Notes under the pieces: generated by a model
Told to the model about the DNA's origin: nothing
Databases searched by the model: none
What the model saw: only the letters and a program-made list of their open reading frames with translations
Shown here: piece after piece, positions 1-14,370 of the stretch
How positions within the stretch are numbered: the stretch's first letter is position 1
How the letters are laid out: each line of letters opens with the position of its first letter
Assembly: GCA_964016885.1 (NCBI GenBank)
Contig: OZ024741.1
Location: 321,284,001 to 321,348,000, forward strand
From: Eledone cirrhosa
Lineage: Eukaryota
Reading direction: 5' to 3'
DNA length: 64,000 nt
Translations under genes and position numbers: made by a program

Positions 1-1640
1 CCCATCAGGGGGCACAGTTTCATTGTTCCAGATGTCATGTATGATGACATAAAGTTGTTTCATTAGGTTCTCACCTCCATATTTCAGAGGTTCTGCATTA
101 ATTCCGTCCATTCCAGGAGGTTTGCCTCTATTTAGTTTTGTCACTGCTGTCTCCACTTCCTCAAATGAAGGATCACTGGCTAAAGCATGCTTCACAGGGT
201 TGTCAGTTGGACTGTTTAAAGAAGCCTCATGAATATTCGATTGCAGATTAAGATCATCAAAATGTTGTGATCATCTTCTTAGAATACCCAGTAGATCTCA
301 AACGAGCTCATTTCCGTCCTATTGCGAAGAGACACAATCAGGGAAGAAGCTTATCCGTAAATCACACGCGAAAGATAATAAATTTGCTTTTAGTTATGAG
401 ATTCTGATGCAGCCTGGATCTCATCAGCTTTCCTATTCCCTTATGTAACCCGCATCTGACGAAGCCTTTTTGTTGTAGACACCTTGATTGCATCCAAGTC
501 ACTTGCCAGCCTTTTTCCCCCACAGTATTATGCCTGTTTTTAAGAAGGTTCAACAAAACCTTTCACTTCTCCTTCAAGATCTTGTCTACCTCCTTACCAT
601 TCTCATTGAACCAGTCCTAATGGCGATTCTTCACATAACCGAGAATCTCAGCACCAACACTGTGCCTCTTTAAAAGGTGCCCTTTTAAAAGGCGGCCATT
701 TGTCCTCACATGGTTAGTAATGCTCTTGTACGCTTCCAGAACCCTTTTGTTCCTCAAACGTGAGGCATTAAAACTTTTGGGCACAACCACGGGGTGGATT
801 TTACTCTTGCTTTACACACAAGTGTAAGTTGTTCATGAACTAAACGATGGTATGTACAACACTCATCCCCATGAAGGACCCTGATCGACCGAACGTCACA
901 AATACCACACTTCCGCACAAGAATGTAATCCAACAAGTGCTATTGTTTAGATCCTAGATGCATCAAGATGGTTTAAACTTATCGTTTTGCTGGAACATAG
1001 TGTTAATTAAGCATAACCCCATCTCCTCGCACATTTGAAACAAAAGTAGTCCGTTACTGTTGTAATGACCAACACCATGCTTGTCAATCACACTCCATGT
1101 TTCGTGGTCTTTACCTACCTTAGTATTAAAGTCACCTTCGATGACAACCTTATCTGCCATAAGTATACTGCGTGCTACAGCTTTTAAAGCTTTGTAGAAA
1201 GATAGTTTCTCTTCTTCAGAGGCAGATACTGTCGGAGCGTATACACTAACTAAAGTAACATAACAACGTTTTTGCAGTGGAATTTTCGTGGACATCAAAT
1301 GTTCGTTTTACCCAATAGGAATTCCTCTAGCCTGGGCATAAGTTCTGATTTCACTGCAAAGGTCACTCCAGTCTCTCTTCTTAGCCCCTCCACTTTATCT
1401 TTCCAAAAGAAAATGTAGTTACCAGCGCATTCCATTATTCCGACGACGTAGTATCAAACAGTGTTCTCACATTCCAACAACCAATATTTAATTATCTCAA
1501 AGGTTTCAATTGTTTCAAAGGTGTTAATGGTTTCAAATGTTTCACTGCGGTATTGGGATGACCACCGGGCTTGGAGTACAGTATCCCAGGACACCTGCCG
1601 GGCCAGACCCTTATTGCCTCATTTTCATCAGGTCACCTTT
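1..1640 (-). mobile_element. Decayed RTE-clade LINE, 5' part (APE endonuclease and linker), runs off the window start
   Basis: ORF 963-1298 has VSVYAPT, GDFNTKVG and NSNGLLL motifs. ORF 754-936 has LDYILVR...HRLV. Near 90-180 the - strand reads FEEVETAVTKLNRGKPPGMDGINAE. Many stops and frameshifts. Confidence 0.9.
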
Positions 1641-1929
1641 TAAGGCTACAGTCAGCTATTCACATTAATCAAAGATCCTGTGATATCGAATGATACCTGT
1701 GCATGATGCTTTTTTAAAGTGAAGAAAGACCTTGCACTGGACCAATCCCGCTCACTGAGCAGCATTAGCTATAATCCGGTTACTTGGTTGTCTGCTCAAT
1801 ATAAAACTTGACCACTTCAGTGTACATATCCTCAGTTCTGGCATCGGATCTAATGTGGAATTTTCGACCAGACATACTTTTTAAAAGATGTCCATATAAA
1901 TTTTACATTAATTTTAGTGCAGCCTGAAT

Positions 1930-3970
1930 TGCCTGTGTTGTCTAATCTTGATGAACTTTAAAATGTCTCTTTAAACCTCCTTGAGATTTGCAGATCGTGT
2001 AGCATATGTAGCATTGGTAAAGGTGAACTGGTTCTGTAATCAATAAGAAGTGCCCTAGTGTTCTTAAATGAGATTGAAGTCCAGTCTCTGACAAGGTGAT
2101 TTTGCCACAAACTGTACAAGTAGAAAAAGTTTCGTTACTTTCATATTCTCTTATTGGCTGTATTTTTTACTATTTACTTGCATTAATCTGTTTTGCTCAA
2201 AGGTTTCCACACCTTCCCATATTTATGAACGCCAGCTAGAGCGATCTGCTGTGAGACTTTCCAAGCTGTTTTTGGATCAATTCCTACATTCTTCAAAATC
2301 TCCTTCAAAGCATCCTTGAACCTTTTCTTTTGTTTACACTGTTTCTCTTTCCCCGAGCAAATTCCTCATAAAACAGTTGCTCATCATCATGCTCAGTTGG
2401 ATTTTCAAAATTATTGCCTAGATGGAACAAATACCATATGCAGCTAGAACATCAGAGTCGGGAGTGAATGAATTCCATTTTATTTTTAGAGTGTGACGTA
2501 AACATTATTGATGGAATCGTTCCAGGAATCTAAAGTAATATCTGTAACACGTCCAAGTTTCAGAAGAGTACAGAGGAGAGGATAACACAACGGATTTATG
2601 AACAGATATTTTTGTTTCATTCTTGATATGTTTTTGTGACCAAACCAGAGTCTCTAAACTACCAAAAGATTTTGCTGCCTTTTGAATCCTTAGAGATATT
2701 CCTGAGTCCAATGATCCGTCTTTATTCACTGCAGTCCCAAGAATTATGAAATATTCAACAACCTTAAAAAGATTACCTTTCACATATATCTTAGGTTGTT
2801 GCACAATTTGACCAGGTTCAAGTTGACACAAAACTCCATTTTCTTTAAATTTATAGTCAAGCCAAATATATCACATGCCGAATCAAATGCAGAAATCAAC
2901 AATTGCAATCCATGCTCAGTATGTATACAGTAGGTCCTGCACTCATGAGGTAAACAATTTGCTCTTAAATTTCATCCTTGCTAAATTAAAAACATTTCCT
3001 AAGGTACGATATCTGATATATACACTTTCATTATTGTTTTGGAAAGCATGATATAACATGGCAGCAAAATATACTGCGAAAAGAGTAGGCGCATCAAGGT
3101 TTCACACTAATTTCTAGAGCAAAAGGTTCAGAGAGCGTACTCTCCAAAGTTAACTCTGGCTTTCATGTCTTTATGAAGAGCTTTCAATATATTTACAAAC
3201 TTTTGACGACATCCAAATTTAGATAAAACTAACCATAAGGTATTCCTATTTTCAGTATAGTATGCCTTACTGAGATCAACAAAACAATTGTAGAGAGCGA
3301 GGTTCTATTCAATACATATTTTCTGCAGTTGTCAGATTGTGAAGATCATATCACTAGTGCCTCTTTTCACATGAAAACCACATATTCAACTGTTTTAAAA
3401 GGACACGTGCTAGAACCTTGCCGACAACAGATAATAGGGAAATGCCCCTAAAATTAACGCAGTAGTCTTTAGTATTGGATTTGAAATGGGAGACCAATAT
3501 AGCATCAACCCAGTTTGTGGTAGTTCTTCCTTCCTCCAGCAATGAAGTATTTCAGCATATAAAAGTTCTTCCATTTTCTCACCTCCATGCATTAGAACCT
3601 CAGCATTAATACCATTCAAGCCAGGAAATCTTATTGCTATCTAATTTCTGTACGATATCATTTCTAGTTGGTTCTGATGCCATATCATCTGCAATTGGAT
3701 AGCTTTTCGTTAATTCTATAATATTTATATTGCCATTAGGGAACCTGTTCAGGAACTCGGAGGCGTGTTCTACCCAACGCTTCTGAATGGAGACAATATC
3801 AGTGAAGAGGGACTAGCTATCTGCAGCTCTTCTGGGATTGTAGACTAAACACTTATTTAATGTAAGACAAAATGCCTTTGTATTCTTGCGATCTCTTGCT
3901 ACTTATGCTTAGAAGGCTTTGTCCTGCCTCCATTGCTGCTTAATATTTCTCAAAACATTTTGCACATGTC
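1930..3970 (-). mobile_element. Decayed RTE-clade LINE, RT domain and C-terminal zinc-finger remnants
   Basis: ORFs 3410-3619 (GINAEVLMHGG), 3354-3542 (NFRGISLLSVVGKVLARVLL) and 2505-2831 (LYSSETWT...LERFHQ). CTVCGK at about 2100-2120 and CYICYTICK at about 1985-2015 on the - strand. Confidence 0.9.
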
Positions 3971-3982
3971 TTTTTACTCACT

Positions 3983-4192
3983 TATAAGAGTCATGAAAAT
4001 ACAGAGTCTATTACTGACACTGCTCCAACGTGTATAAATATATACACATATCAAATTTAGAGGCATGTAAACATGCCAGAAAATACAAATCTCCCTGTAA
4101 ATTAAAACATGATAAATATCTTTAACTGATTTTCTTATTAGATTCTCATCAGTAGACATGTGTATCCATGTGCATCCAATCAACCACAAGGA

Positions 4193-4228
<36 letters not shown>

Positions 4229-5030
4229 CATTCGCTCTTAGTATCATTCTGAAATGGACATAATCATTTGCATATAATTAACGCTCGTGTTGGTAATTAA
4301 TTAAGATATATAGTGACAAGTGCCCTAGCAGCCGAAGTTATATCAGTATAAATACAGTTGTATTGCACCAACGTGTATAAATATATATACATATCTCATT
4401 TGTAGGCAGGAAAACAGGCCAGAAAATAAGAATCTTCCAGTACATTGAAAAGAAAAAATAAACATATTTAATCGGTTTTCGGAACTTATTGTGGTTGACT
4501 GGATGATATATACGTCTTTTGGTGAGGATCCAATAAAATCCGAAAATCGATTAAAGATCTTTATCTTTTTTTTTTTTTTGTTTCAATTTACAAGGAGATT
4601 CATGCTTTCTAGCTTGTTTACATGCCTCCAAATTAGATATGTTTATATATATTTATACACGTTGGTGCAATATCGGTCAGACACTCAGATATAATTTTGG
4701 CTGCTATGACACTTTCACTATATATCTTAATTAATTACCAGCACGAGCGCTAATTATATGTAAATTAGAATGTCCATTTCAGAATAATACTAAGAACAAA
4801 TGGGTATAAATACCCATCAAAGACATGTTTCCTTTGTGTTGACTGGATGATATACACGTCTTCTGATGAGGATCCAATAAGATTCAACAATCAATTTTAT
4901 TCAATTCACAGGGAGATTCGTATTTTCTGGCATGTTTACATGCCTCCAAATTAGATATGTGTATGTATTTATACGCAATGATGCAGTCTCTGTTACACAG
5001 TCTGTATTTAACCATGTATTACTTTATCAT
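3983..5030. repeat. About 1-kb imperfect palindrome built of about 345-bp tandem units, each with a degenerate minimal hammerhead (retrozyme or tandem pLTR-like)
   Basis: 4030-4490 is the reverse complement of about 4520-4975. 'gttgactggatgatata' recurs about 345 bp apart. Consensus of the copies reads tctt-CTGATGA-GGAT..ATCC-GAAA-ATCGAT-TA-aaga. Confidence 0.75.
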
Positions 5031-5058
5031 ACACTTCGGCTGCTAGCGTCTATCTCAA

Positions 5059-5717
5059 TCTATATATATAAAGCTGTGGTTGTCTGTCTGTCTATCGATT
5101 TTTGGCACACATCTCCTCTTAGAATCTCTGACGGAATTGCACCGAAATTGCTATACTTGTACATTGAGCCCTAGCGAAGACATCGGAAAAAAATATTTCA
5201 AATTGACCCACCCTATGTGACGAAATCGAATCTACTGTATCGATTTTTGAGCATAAGTGACGAGTTATTTCCCTTTGTTCTGTTTACATTGAGCGTCTTA
5301 CGTTCTGTTTACATTTTCTGCGTGCAAAAATTAAAAAAATTACGCTGGCTTTCTCAGCGTTTAAAATGACATTAACACAATACACGAACAGTTGTCGAGC
5401 CAGCAAAATTTTGACCTGCAAAATTCATCAGTTCGAACACTAAGCTTCCGTTTTGCTTCATTTCCATTTAAAAGCCTTTTAAAACAATATTTTTACTTGA
5501 AAACAAGTCTATTTAAAGACTACGTAAAACAAGCAAATATTTCGTTAAAAAAAGCAAAAATTATATAAGTTTATTTAAAATATATGTATCTGTAAATTTC
5601 GTTAGGCGTGCAGACAGACAGTCGTGCAGACAGACTTTAAGCCAAAAAAGAAACTTAACATTGTAACTTTAACACAGCTACTGAGCGACCCCGAGCAACG
5701 CCGGGCTTTACTGCTAG
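5059..5717 (+). mobile_element. Non-autonomous Helitron
   Basis: 5' A|TCTATATATATAAAG start followed by (CTGT)n. 3' subterminal hairpin cccgagcaacgccggg, then CTAG|T. Confidence 0.85.
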
Positions 5718-5872
5718 TATATAATAAGATAATATACAATATTTTTAAAATATGAAAGAGAATGAAATAAAGTAAATTTTCTAAAGTAAAATAAAATAAA
5801 TAATATATAAGAAAAAGTTAAAAAGCTAAAAGGTTAAATATAATTTATCTTCAATTTTATATACATGCACAC

Positions 5873-5927
<55 letters not shown>

Positions 5928-5931
<4 letters not shown>

Positions 5932-6122
5932 GTAGTAACACAACAGTTAGTTCACCATACCTAGAACAATTGTTTCACCTTATGCGGATCTGATCCGCAT
6001 AAGGTGAAACAATTGTTCTCGGTATGGTGAACTAACTGTTGTGTTACTACGTCTAACAAACTCATCCCATGGACTGAGTGCTCTACCACTACGGATATTA
6101 CCTTCCAGTGTTCTACCTCTCT
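5928..6122. mobile_element. PLE pLTR-type fold-back footprint (family C): about 63-bp inverted arms plus about 68-bp tail, truncated hammerhead
   Basis: 5928-5990 is the near-perfect reverse complement of 5992-6054. Contains TCC-GCATAA-GGT-GAAAC-AATT-GTT. Flanked by (TA)n. Confidence 0.7.
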
Positions 6123-6135
6123 CTATATATATATG

Positions 6136-6610
6136 AGGAGTGAAACCCCATACCGGTCTCCCTGCAACAAGCTTTAACACCCCGGCGGGCAGGCGCTGCA
6201 AAAAAACATCCGGAAACTAACCATGCATCCCAGACCCAGCTTCAAATGACCCAGGCGGGCAGGTGCAGAAACAAACGTCTCAAAATAAGCGTTGATTACC
6301 TGACCCTGTGCGTATCAACAATGGTAAGGTTGTCACCACATCTTGTAGCGGATAAAAAATTTGTCCGGGAAAGACTGCCCTAACACCGGCCAGAGTTACC
6401 TCCCTTGACCTACTGCAAAATCAAAACACGCTTTTTTTGCGAAGAATGAACTCTAACGTGAACTTACCCCCCAAAACACTTTCCGGGCCATGTAAGGAAC
6501 ACTTTTAGTTATTTATGCCCTTGAGAAGCCCATCCGGGCGAAACGTACGTAGGTGCTGTTTTAAATAAACATGTATTAACGGTCTGTTCTCCGATTTCTT
6601 ACTTTTCCAC

Positions 6611-6611
<1 letters not shown>
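6136..6611 (+). mobile_element. Probable PLE 3' terminal region (pLTR) ending in a hammerhead
   Basis: GC-richer island between (TA)n tracts that carries the ribozyme at 6517-6556. Confidence 0.55.
6517..6556 (+). ncRNA. Minimal type-I hammerhead ribozyme, U3-A8 core variant
   Basis: gccc-TTGAGAA-GCCC atcc GGGC-GAAAC-GTAC-GTA|ggtgc. Stem III is the palindrome ACGTACGT. Predicted cleavage after 6551. Confidence 0.75.
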
Positions 6612-6652
<41 letters not shown>

Positions 6653-6944
6653 TTATTTATATATATATATAATTCAAGAAAGAAGAGTGACATGGATCGC
6701 TATACAATAAGGGCTTTATTCACATTGCTGACCAAGAAATCACCGCGAACTCGCAGCATCACTAGGGAAACGTCTTGTTGAGTCAAACTAAACCACACGT
6801 TAATACTATCCACTACACGAACGACTCCAACTGGACTACATCTAAGTGGACTGCCATAACCATAACCTGTTATCCCGTATATATATATATATATATATAC
6901 GTATATATATATATATATATATATGCATATATATTAGAGGCCAT

Positions 6945-7374
<430 letters not shown>

Positions 7375-7594
7375 ATAGGATTCTACAAAATTTCACTCAT
7401 TAGGCATAGAAGAAGACATTTGTCGAAGGCTACCGCCGAGCGACACTGAACTCAGAACCATAACATTTGCGAAACGAACTTCTTGACCACAAAGCGACGC
7501 TTGCGCCTAGTTATGAGAGCTTACTGGTAAATCTCAAAAAGATGCATCCGATAGAAAGTTGGCTTCTTTTTATATACATACGTTAACCGACAAT

Positions 7595-7659
<65 letters not shown>

Positions 7660-8611
7660 CATGTTCTCATCTAAAAAAAATAACCATCATTGATACAGCA
7701 TGCTTTTGTTGTAATGCAAGAACAATGAGTCTTCAAGCTCTTATCTATAATGGTTTCTAATTTAGGCACAAGATCAACAATTTTAGAGAAGGGGAAAGTC
7801 GAGTAAATCGACCTCAGTGCATTACTGGTACTTTATTTCGTGGAGATTTCATCTATAATACACCCTCGTTAAAGTCGTTTTGTCAAGCCAGGTTTTTCTC
7901 CAGTATGAATCCATAATATCCCGTGAAAGAACCTCTGTGATTTTTTATTGACTGCTCTTTCAACTCTCTGTACATTACTGATTAATTCCAACCGAAATCC
8001 GTGTTAATTGTTCTTTCATCTGATCTCTCCTAGTGTTGCAACTTCCTATTAACAGCCACTAACTGTTGTTTGACGTCTTGTAATTTATGCACAAATGTTC
8101 TCTTTTTACGAAACATTTTTACAGCATCCAAGCTTTGTTTCTATTCTATTTTCAGTGATTGATAGCGTTATTGGTAAAAGGTAACCCAGTACAACCTGTG
8201 CATGGTCGGGTCGCCGGTGACTAAACCGACAACCCCACCAATATATGTATATATAGTTGCACAAGAGTGTTGTGTATCTTGGTTGTTACATAGTAACTTC
8301 CTGGTGACCAGCAGGTCCTAGCGATCTAAATCACTACAAGTCAGTAGTTTATCACAGGTAGGTGATAATGACGGAGTATTCATTTATCAAATAATGGTAG
8401 TTAAGACGGGATTAAATCCCCATAATTGTTTATTGCCGAACCACTTCACTACTGGATGAGCGTGCATGGCCACCGGCATATCACAATGATTGCATATCTG
8501 CACCAATGATAGCATAAGAATCTGAAGAAATCACATGAATAACCATGTAACAGAAATATATATTGCAATAAACAGTTATGGTGATTTAATCTTATCTTAA
8601 CTACCGTTATT

Positions 8612-8662
<51 letters not shown>

Positions 8663-8877
8663 CGAGGGTGTGCAGAAATGTTCCTGGCTTGATCGCTGCT
8701 ACAAGGGCCTGGTTGGAGATCCAACCTTCCGAGTTCTTTTTCAGGGCTTAGAAAAACTGAAGGACCGCTACAATAAGTGTGTAAATCTGAGAGGGAAATA
8801 TGTTGAATAAAATCATAATTAACTGATCCTCCTATATTTTATTTTACCCAAAGCCAATAACATTTAGCACCCCCACG
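8663..8877 (+). mobile_element. Mariner-derived non-autonomous element (MITE)
   Basis: TA|CGAGGG...CCCCACG|TA imperfect TIRs. Retains the transposase C-terminus GLEKLKDRYNKCVNLRGKYVE*. Confidence 0.85.
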
Positions 8878-8883
8878 TATATA

Positions 8884-8980
<97 letters not shown>

Positions 8981-9849
8981 ATATATGTATGCATATGTGT
9001 ATAAGTGTGTGTGATTGGGTTTGCGGTAACGTTTTTGTTAGTCCCGTAATTCAGCAGTTTGACAAAAGAGACCATTAGGATAAGTACCAGACTTGAAAAA
9101 ATGCATACTGAGATCAATATAAACAGTTGGGGGGAAGGGAGTTTGTTGATACGGTAAACCATTTCTAAATAACAAAACTTTAGTATTAGTAGGGCGTCAA
9201 TATAAGAGCATTCGATTCTGTTCCACAACCGTAGGGGCCTGAGCCACTTCGACTTGCTAAAGTTCCAGAGGCTATAATGAAAGCCAAAGACTACCTGACT
9301 TTTTCCTGAACTTCCAGCTGTCAAGGTGTTCTCCCTTCCAAACTCTCTTTGGGGTTTTGGTATATGCAACCTTTGTGCGTCCATCCCATGCCTCACAGGA
9401 CAGATTGCAGGCCCATCACCAGTTTTTGCGGCATGAAATGGAGACTGCAATATATATTTTTCGTACTTTGTCAAACCCACGAAGACTGAGCTTTTCTAGA
9501 CCTTCGTCCGGAAATTACATACAGAAAGGTTCTCTATTTACTCTGATATATTTCAAAACGACTCTCTCCGTCTCTCTATCTCACTCACTCTCTCTCTATC
9601 TATCTCACACACTCTCTCTCTCTTTCTCTCTCTCTCTGTCTCACTCTCACTCTCACTCTCTCTCTCTCTCACTGTGTGTGGGTTGGTTGTGGAGGCGTAG
9701 TGTGCGTGCATGCATGCATGTACGCATTTGATACAGTTTGTACTTGATGTGAACTCCTTTATCTTTTTTGTTGGGGAAATGTAAAAGGTGTATCATTGGC
9801 TCACAGGAAGTCATAAACACACACCTGACACAAGCTTTTTATGAGCAGC

Positions 9850-10910
9850 ATGAAAATGCCAAAATGTGAAAGATATGAGGAAAAGACTTGACCTGATTTC
9901 CACCCTCTTCTCAGATATAGGAATGGAATTTGGCGAAAATATGTTTCTGCCTGAATGGTGAACTGAAAGCTACATTTCTATGGCATATCAATGGCCTGGC
10001 TATTTTCAGATATCCGAGAAGTAATGCTACAATTACCTAGGCGGGCATGAAAATATATCCTATGATATCACTTTTAAGAAATATCGTCACGAGAGAATAT
10101 TACCCTCTGCTGTAAAAAAATAAGGATGGTCATCAGATCTCTTTCCACACAATAAACCTATGGCTCGCAATGTAGTCATCAGAGCTCTTTGTAAACAATA
10201 AATCTGTGCCCCGCAATGTGTTTGATGTATAAACATTTGGGATAATCAGTTAAATAGTAAATGTTGCAAGCTATTAATGTCAAAAGACGAAAACTAAGCA
10301 CCACTAGAAATTTCTACATCAATGTAGTATTGATTGACTTTGCATAAAATAAAAACAAGAATGCTGAGGCTTAACGTCCATTCAAATAGCCTTTGAATGT
10401 CACATCATATCCCATCAACAGCATTTACTAACCTCGGCAAGATGCATTCATGAATCAAGTTTCCATACATACGGCGAATAGAATCATAAGAGAATTGGAA
10501 AAGTATTCCTACGAAAGTTTTCCATCAATAAATTGTACAACTCTACCGCAACAGATCACCAGATGTAGTGATTTTTGCTTATCAAGAGAAAATCATACGT
10601 GGCTACGTTGTCAGAAAAATTCAGAGTTGTGGTAACATAGAAATAAGCAGTGTAGCCTTATCTTGGTCCATTAAGCGATATATTACTTCTGCCGTTGGAA
10701 GACATGTTTTTGCAATCTAAGAACCCAAGATAACAACAAAATAGACGAAAAGAAAAGGGAAACATATAAAACACTTATGCAAACTTTGTAGGATTAACAT
10801 CAAAGATATGATCCACATCATAAGCGATTGTCAAAATTGTCATTACATTACTCTTTGCCTATGATATATAACGTAGTGACCAGGATACTACGCTATGCTA
10901 TCCTATAAAG
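9850..10910 (+). mobile_element. Decayed Dong/R4-like non-LTR retrotransposon fragment (RT end and CCHC knuckle)
   Basis: Manual translation gives LFSDIGMEFGE (about 9905), YNYLG (about 10030), VFAI*EPKITTK (about 10705) and CKLCRINIKDMIHIISDC (about 10778-10830). Confidence 0.75.
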
Positions 10911-11144
10911 AGGATAGTAATGAAGATCAAAATACATTTAGTTGCAGTAATGTAGAGGACATGTTCATAATATGAAAGAAAGCTTGTGGAATGTTCTTGT
11001 TAAAACTTAAGTAAATTATAAACAGAACAGACCTGGGACAGAGAAGTGTACAGTAGTAATCATCTATATATACATACATACACAAACACACACTCATACA
11101 TACATACATACATACATACATACATACATACATACATACATACA

Positions 11145-11180
<36 letters not shown>

Positions 11181-11297
11181 CATGCGTACATACAGACAGA
11201 CATGCTCGAGCAAAATCTCTTTTCTTTACAACCTTGCCACCAGGAAGGTGGCCGGTCAAACTTTAACTCAAAATTAAGAAAAAGATACATACATACA

Positions 11298-11328
<31 letters not shown>

Positions 11329-13039
11329 TCCAAAAATTGTGCATCTTATAACTTCATGTACACATACATGTATAGATACAAAGCATATGCACATGCACAC
11401 ATATAACTCAAAACATACACATCCACACATACAATAATATCCATACCTGCACACACACACACATGCATGCAGACATGCATACATATCTGCCTTGTTGATG
11501 CGTAAATTCCAATGAGAGAGTCTTGTGTCTATGCTAGAAACCGACTCTCTCTCTATTGGTAATAATTTATAAAATGATAAAACTAGAAGGACATACATAC
11601 ATAAACTACGTTCATGACCACCTAGTTGACGCTGTTTCAATTACAATAAAAGAGCCTTGTTTTCATGTTGAAAACTGCCTCTTACTCTGTTGGTGAGAAA
11701 TTTAAAAAATTGATTCAGAACGTGCATATAAAATGAATAACCTCTATTTGATTTACAAGGAAGTGTGTGTGTCCCTATGGGTGTTATATGTGGCATTGTG
11801 CTCTTCGATTACTGTTCTTCGCTCACTGCTGCTGCCGCTAGCTAGCCTTCCCAAGAAGAGATGAAAAGAGAACCTACACCTGTTAATACATAGCTCCTCC
11901 ACCACCAACACCCTTGCAGATTCTCATACGGAAATGGATATTTCAAGGTCACAGACTAAACTACATGGACTATGAGAACAGGGTGGGCCCCAAAGACTAA
12001 ACATTATATGGACACGCTCTGGCACCAGTCAATCACTGTATCAGCTATGAACAAATAGTTCAACTGTCTTGTGGTAAGTCTGTTGAGATACACGCTAAAG
12101 GAACACTACCAAATATAAACATGCTGGCCATGTGCAATATGTTGGTCTAACAAACAAACGATTAAACAGCCCTCTACAGCTAGGACGTGGGACCCTTTTA
12201 TTTCATGGAATATACCTCACTATGTTAATAACAGTGCTATTGGAGATTATGCACTCATGTGGCATATTGAAATCCTCCTTGTGCGGGTCTCCAAATGTTA
12301 CCATAATGAAAAGTAACTGGACTTTACTGACGTCTAATTATGATGAGTTGTCTGGCCACTGGAGCAAATAGGCCAGTGTCTCCTATTCCGAACCCTGCAC
12401 GGTAGTAGTACAACGTATTTCGTTGTTATCAACAGATATTGAGTGGCAGGGATTTTCGATAAACCCATGTGTAACAGAGCAGCTTTATTTAGGGTCCGCA
12501 TTATTCAGCTCAACTGAAGAATGGCCTAGTAAATTTGACATAAAAATTGCCAACACAATCTATCACCTGAATAGGTTGCCGTGTCAACTGGTCCAATAAG
12601 GAACAATAAAACCTAAAACTAGCAACATAAACGTAAGGGGTCTTCTAAACTTATATGACATCTCTGCAGATCTCACTGGAAAACAGCCATGATTATTGCG
12701 TGGGGTTAAGGCGGTCCCCAACATTGTCATCCTGACTAAGGTTAGCCCCTGTATAAAGGTTCTCTATCAAATGAAAGAACAGTATAGTTGTGCAAGTTTA
12801 CAGTTGGTCAGAGTTGACCATGTATCTGCATTTGTAAAGTTCCTTTCTGGGGCGCAGCCCTGTGTAAAGTTGTTTTTTTATGGAAGATCGTCAGTTACCT
12901 TGCAGCTCGTCTCTTCTCTCCATTCCAATGATGTTGTCCAGAGAAAGACTGAAACCAATACAACGTGCAGTCAATGTCGTCGAAAGTGAAGTCAGAACGT
13001 AAAGATCCGGAACCATAATCTAGCTGTTTATATAATGGT

Positions 13040-13405
13040 GATTAACTAATGTAATGGTACGCGATGGGGCCCACCCACGGCCCCGGCGGACAGAATGGAG
13101 AAGGCGTTTCCCCGGATGACGGCAAGTGAGACGCGCTGGAAAAGCCACACCAACTCGCGGGGCTCACACCTACGGCTGGCCAGCTCAGCGCCTATGGTGG
13201 TGAGTAAGGAGGTAGCCCTGGGGTCGAGGACACCAGAAGTTTCCACTGCCAGGGGAACGACCGCAAACCTATCGACCTGTATTTGAGGAGTTTGGCCCCC
13301 TCAGCCCGACGTGCAGCAGAACCTGGGTCAGTCGCAGACTGCACCAGGTTGCGGCTGCAGAAAGTTGCGGCTGCAGAAGTGTCGGTGCAAGTGGCATCCC
13401 AGACG
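13040..13405 (-). mobile_element. CRE-clade non-LTR fragment, restriction-like endonuclease C-terminus
   Basis: WDATCTDT...NLVQSATDPGSAA...AVETSGVL...WLFQRVSLAVIRGNAFSILSA. Confidence 0.85.
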
Positions 13406-13822
13406 ATATATTTCTTTATTTATTTCTCTTCTTTTAGTATAATATAGCGAGTTGTCACCAGTGATGTTTGAAGTTCCTTGGAGTTGGTCAGAGTATCCAT
13501 ATATATATATATATATGGTCAGAGTATATATGTATACTTGTATCAGTGTTTATCCCTATCATATATTCATTTGTATATATATATAAATTTAGCGAGAATC
13601 GTATTTCGGCTGGTAGAAAAAGCGAAACGAATAAGTGTATAACTATGCTTTAGTTTTCAACAAAAATAATTTGCGTCAAATTGTCATTGTTGTTGTTGTT
13701 ATTCTTCTTCATCTTCTTTTTCTTCTTTGGCGCGCTTACATTTTCAAATTTTATATGTTTGTATATATATATACATGTTTATGCATGTAGATGTTTATAC
13801 ACTTATGTATATTCGCATATAG

Positions 13823-13886
<64 letters not shown>

Positions 13887-14224
13887 AATATGTATCTGAT
13901 TATAAATAAATGTGAGTGTGTGTACGTATATGTGTATTTTTGTAGTACTTATAAACATCCGTCTCCACTTCACACATGACACTGGCATCGTTATTTTTCT
14001 TTAGTCCTAGACCAACTTTCCCTTTTCTTAAATGCTTTCTTCCTTTCGATCTCGCTCTTTCTTTCTCTCTCTCTCTATTTATCTCCTTCTCTCTCCCTCT
14101 CTCTCGCTTACTCGGCTTCGTGACACTGGGAGAGGTGTCCTGTTCTACAGAAATGATTGAAGAGAGAGTGAGCAATAGAGCTAAAGAAGTGAGAGAGCGA
14201 AGGATGAGAGGGAAAAAAGAACAA

Positions 14225-14370
14225 TCGACTCCAGTATTTGACCTCGAACTTATTTATTGACATTGTGAGGATGAAAGGCAAAGTTAACCTTGGTTGGGTT
14301 TGAACTCAGAATATAAAGAGCCATAAGAAATAGCGCAAGACATTCTGCTCTGCCATTTCATCACCTCGAT
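14225..14370 (-). mobile_element. Meta-domain tRNA-derived SINE (degenerate)
   Basis: Reverse complement of ctgagttcaaa..ggttaactttgcctttcatcct. Same family as 17386-17600. Confidence 0.7.

Noticed and set aside
8839-9731. 213-aa and 124-aa ORFs
   Set aside because: They span microsatellites and SINE debris, with no recognisable motif.
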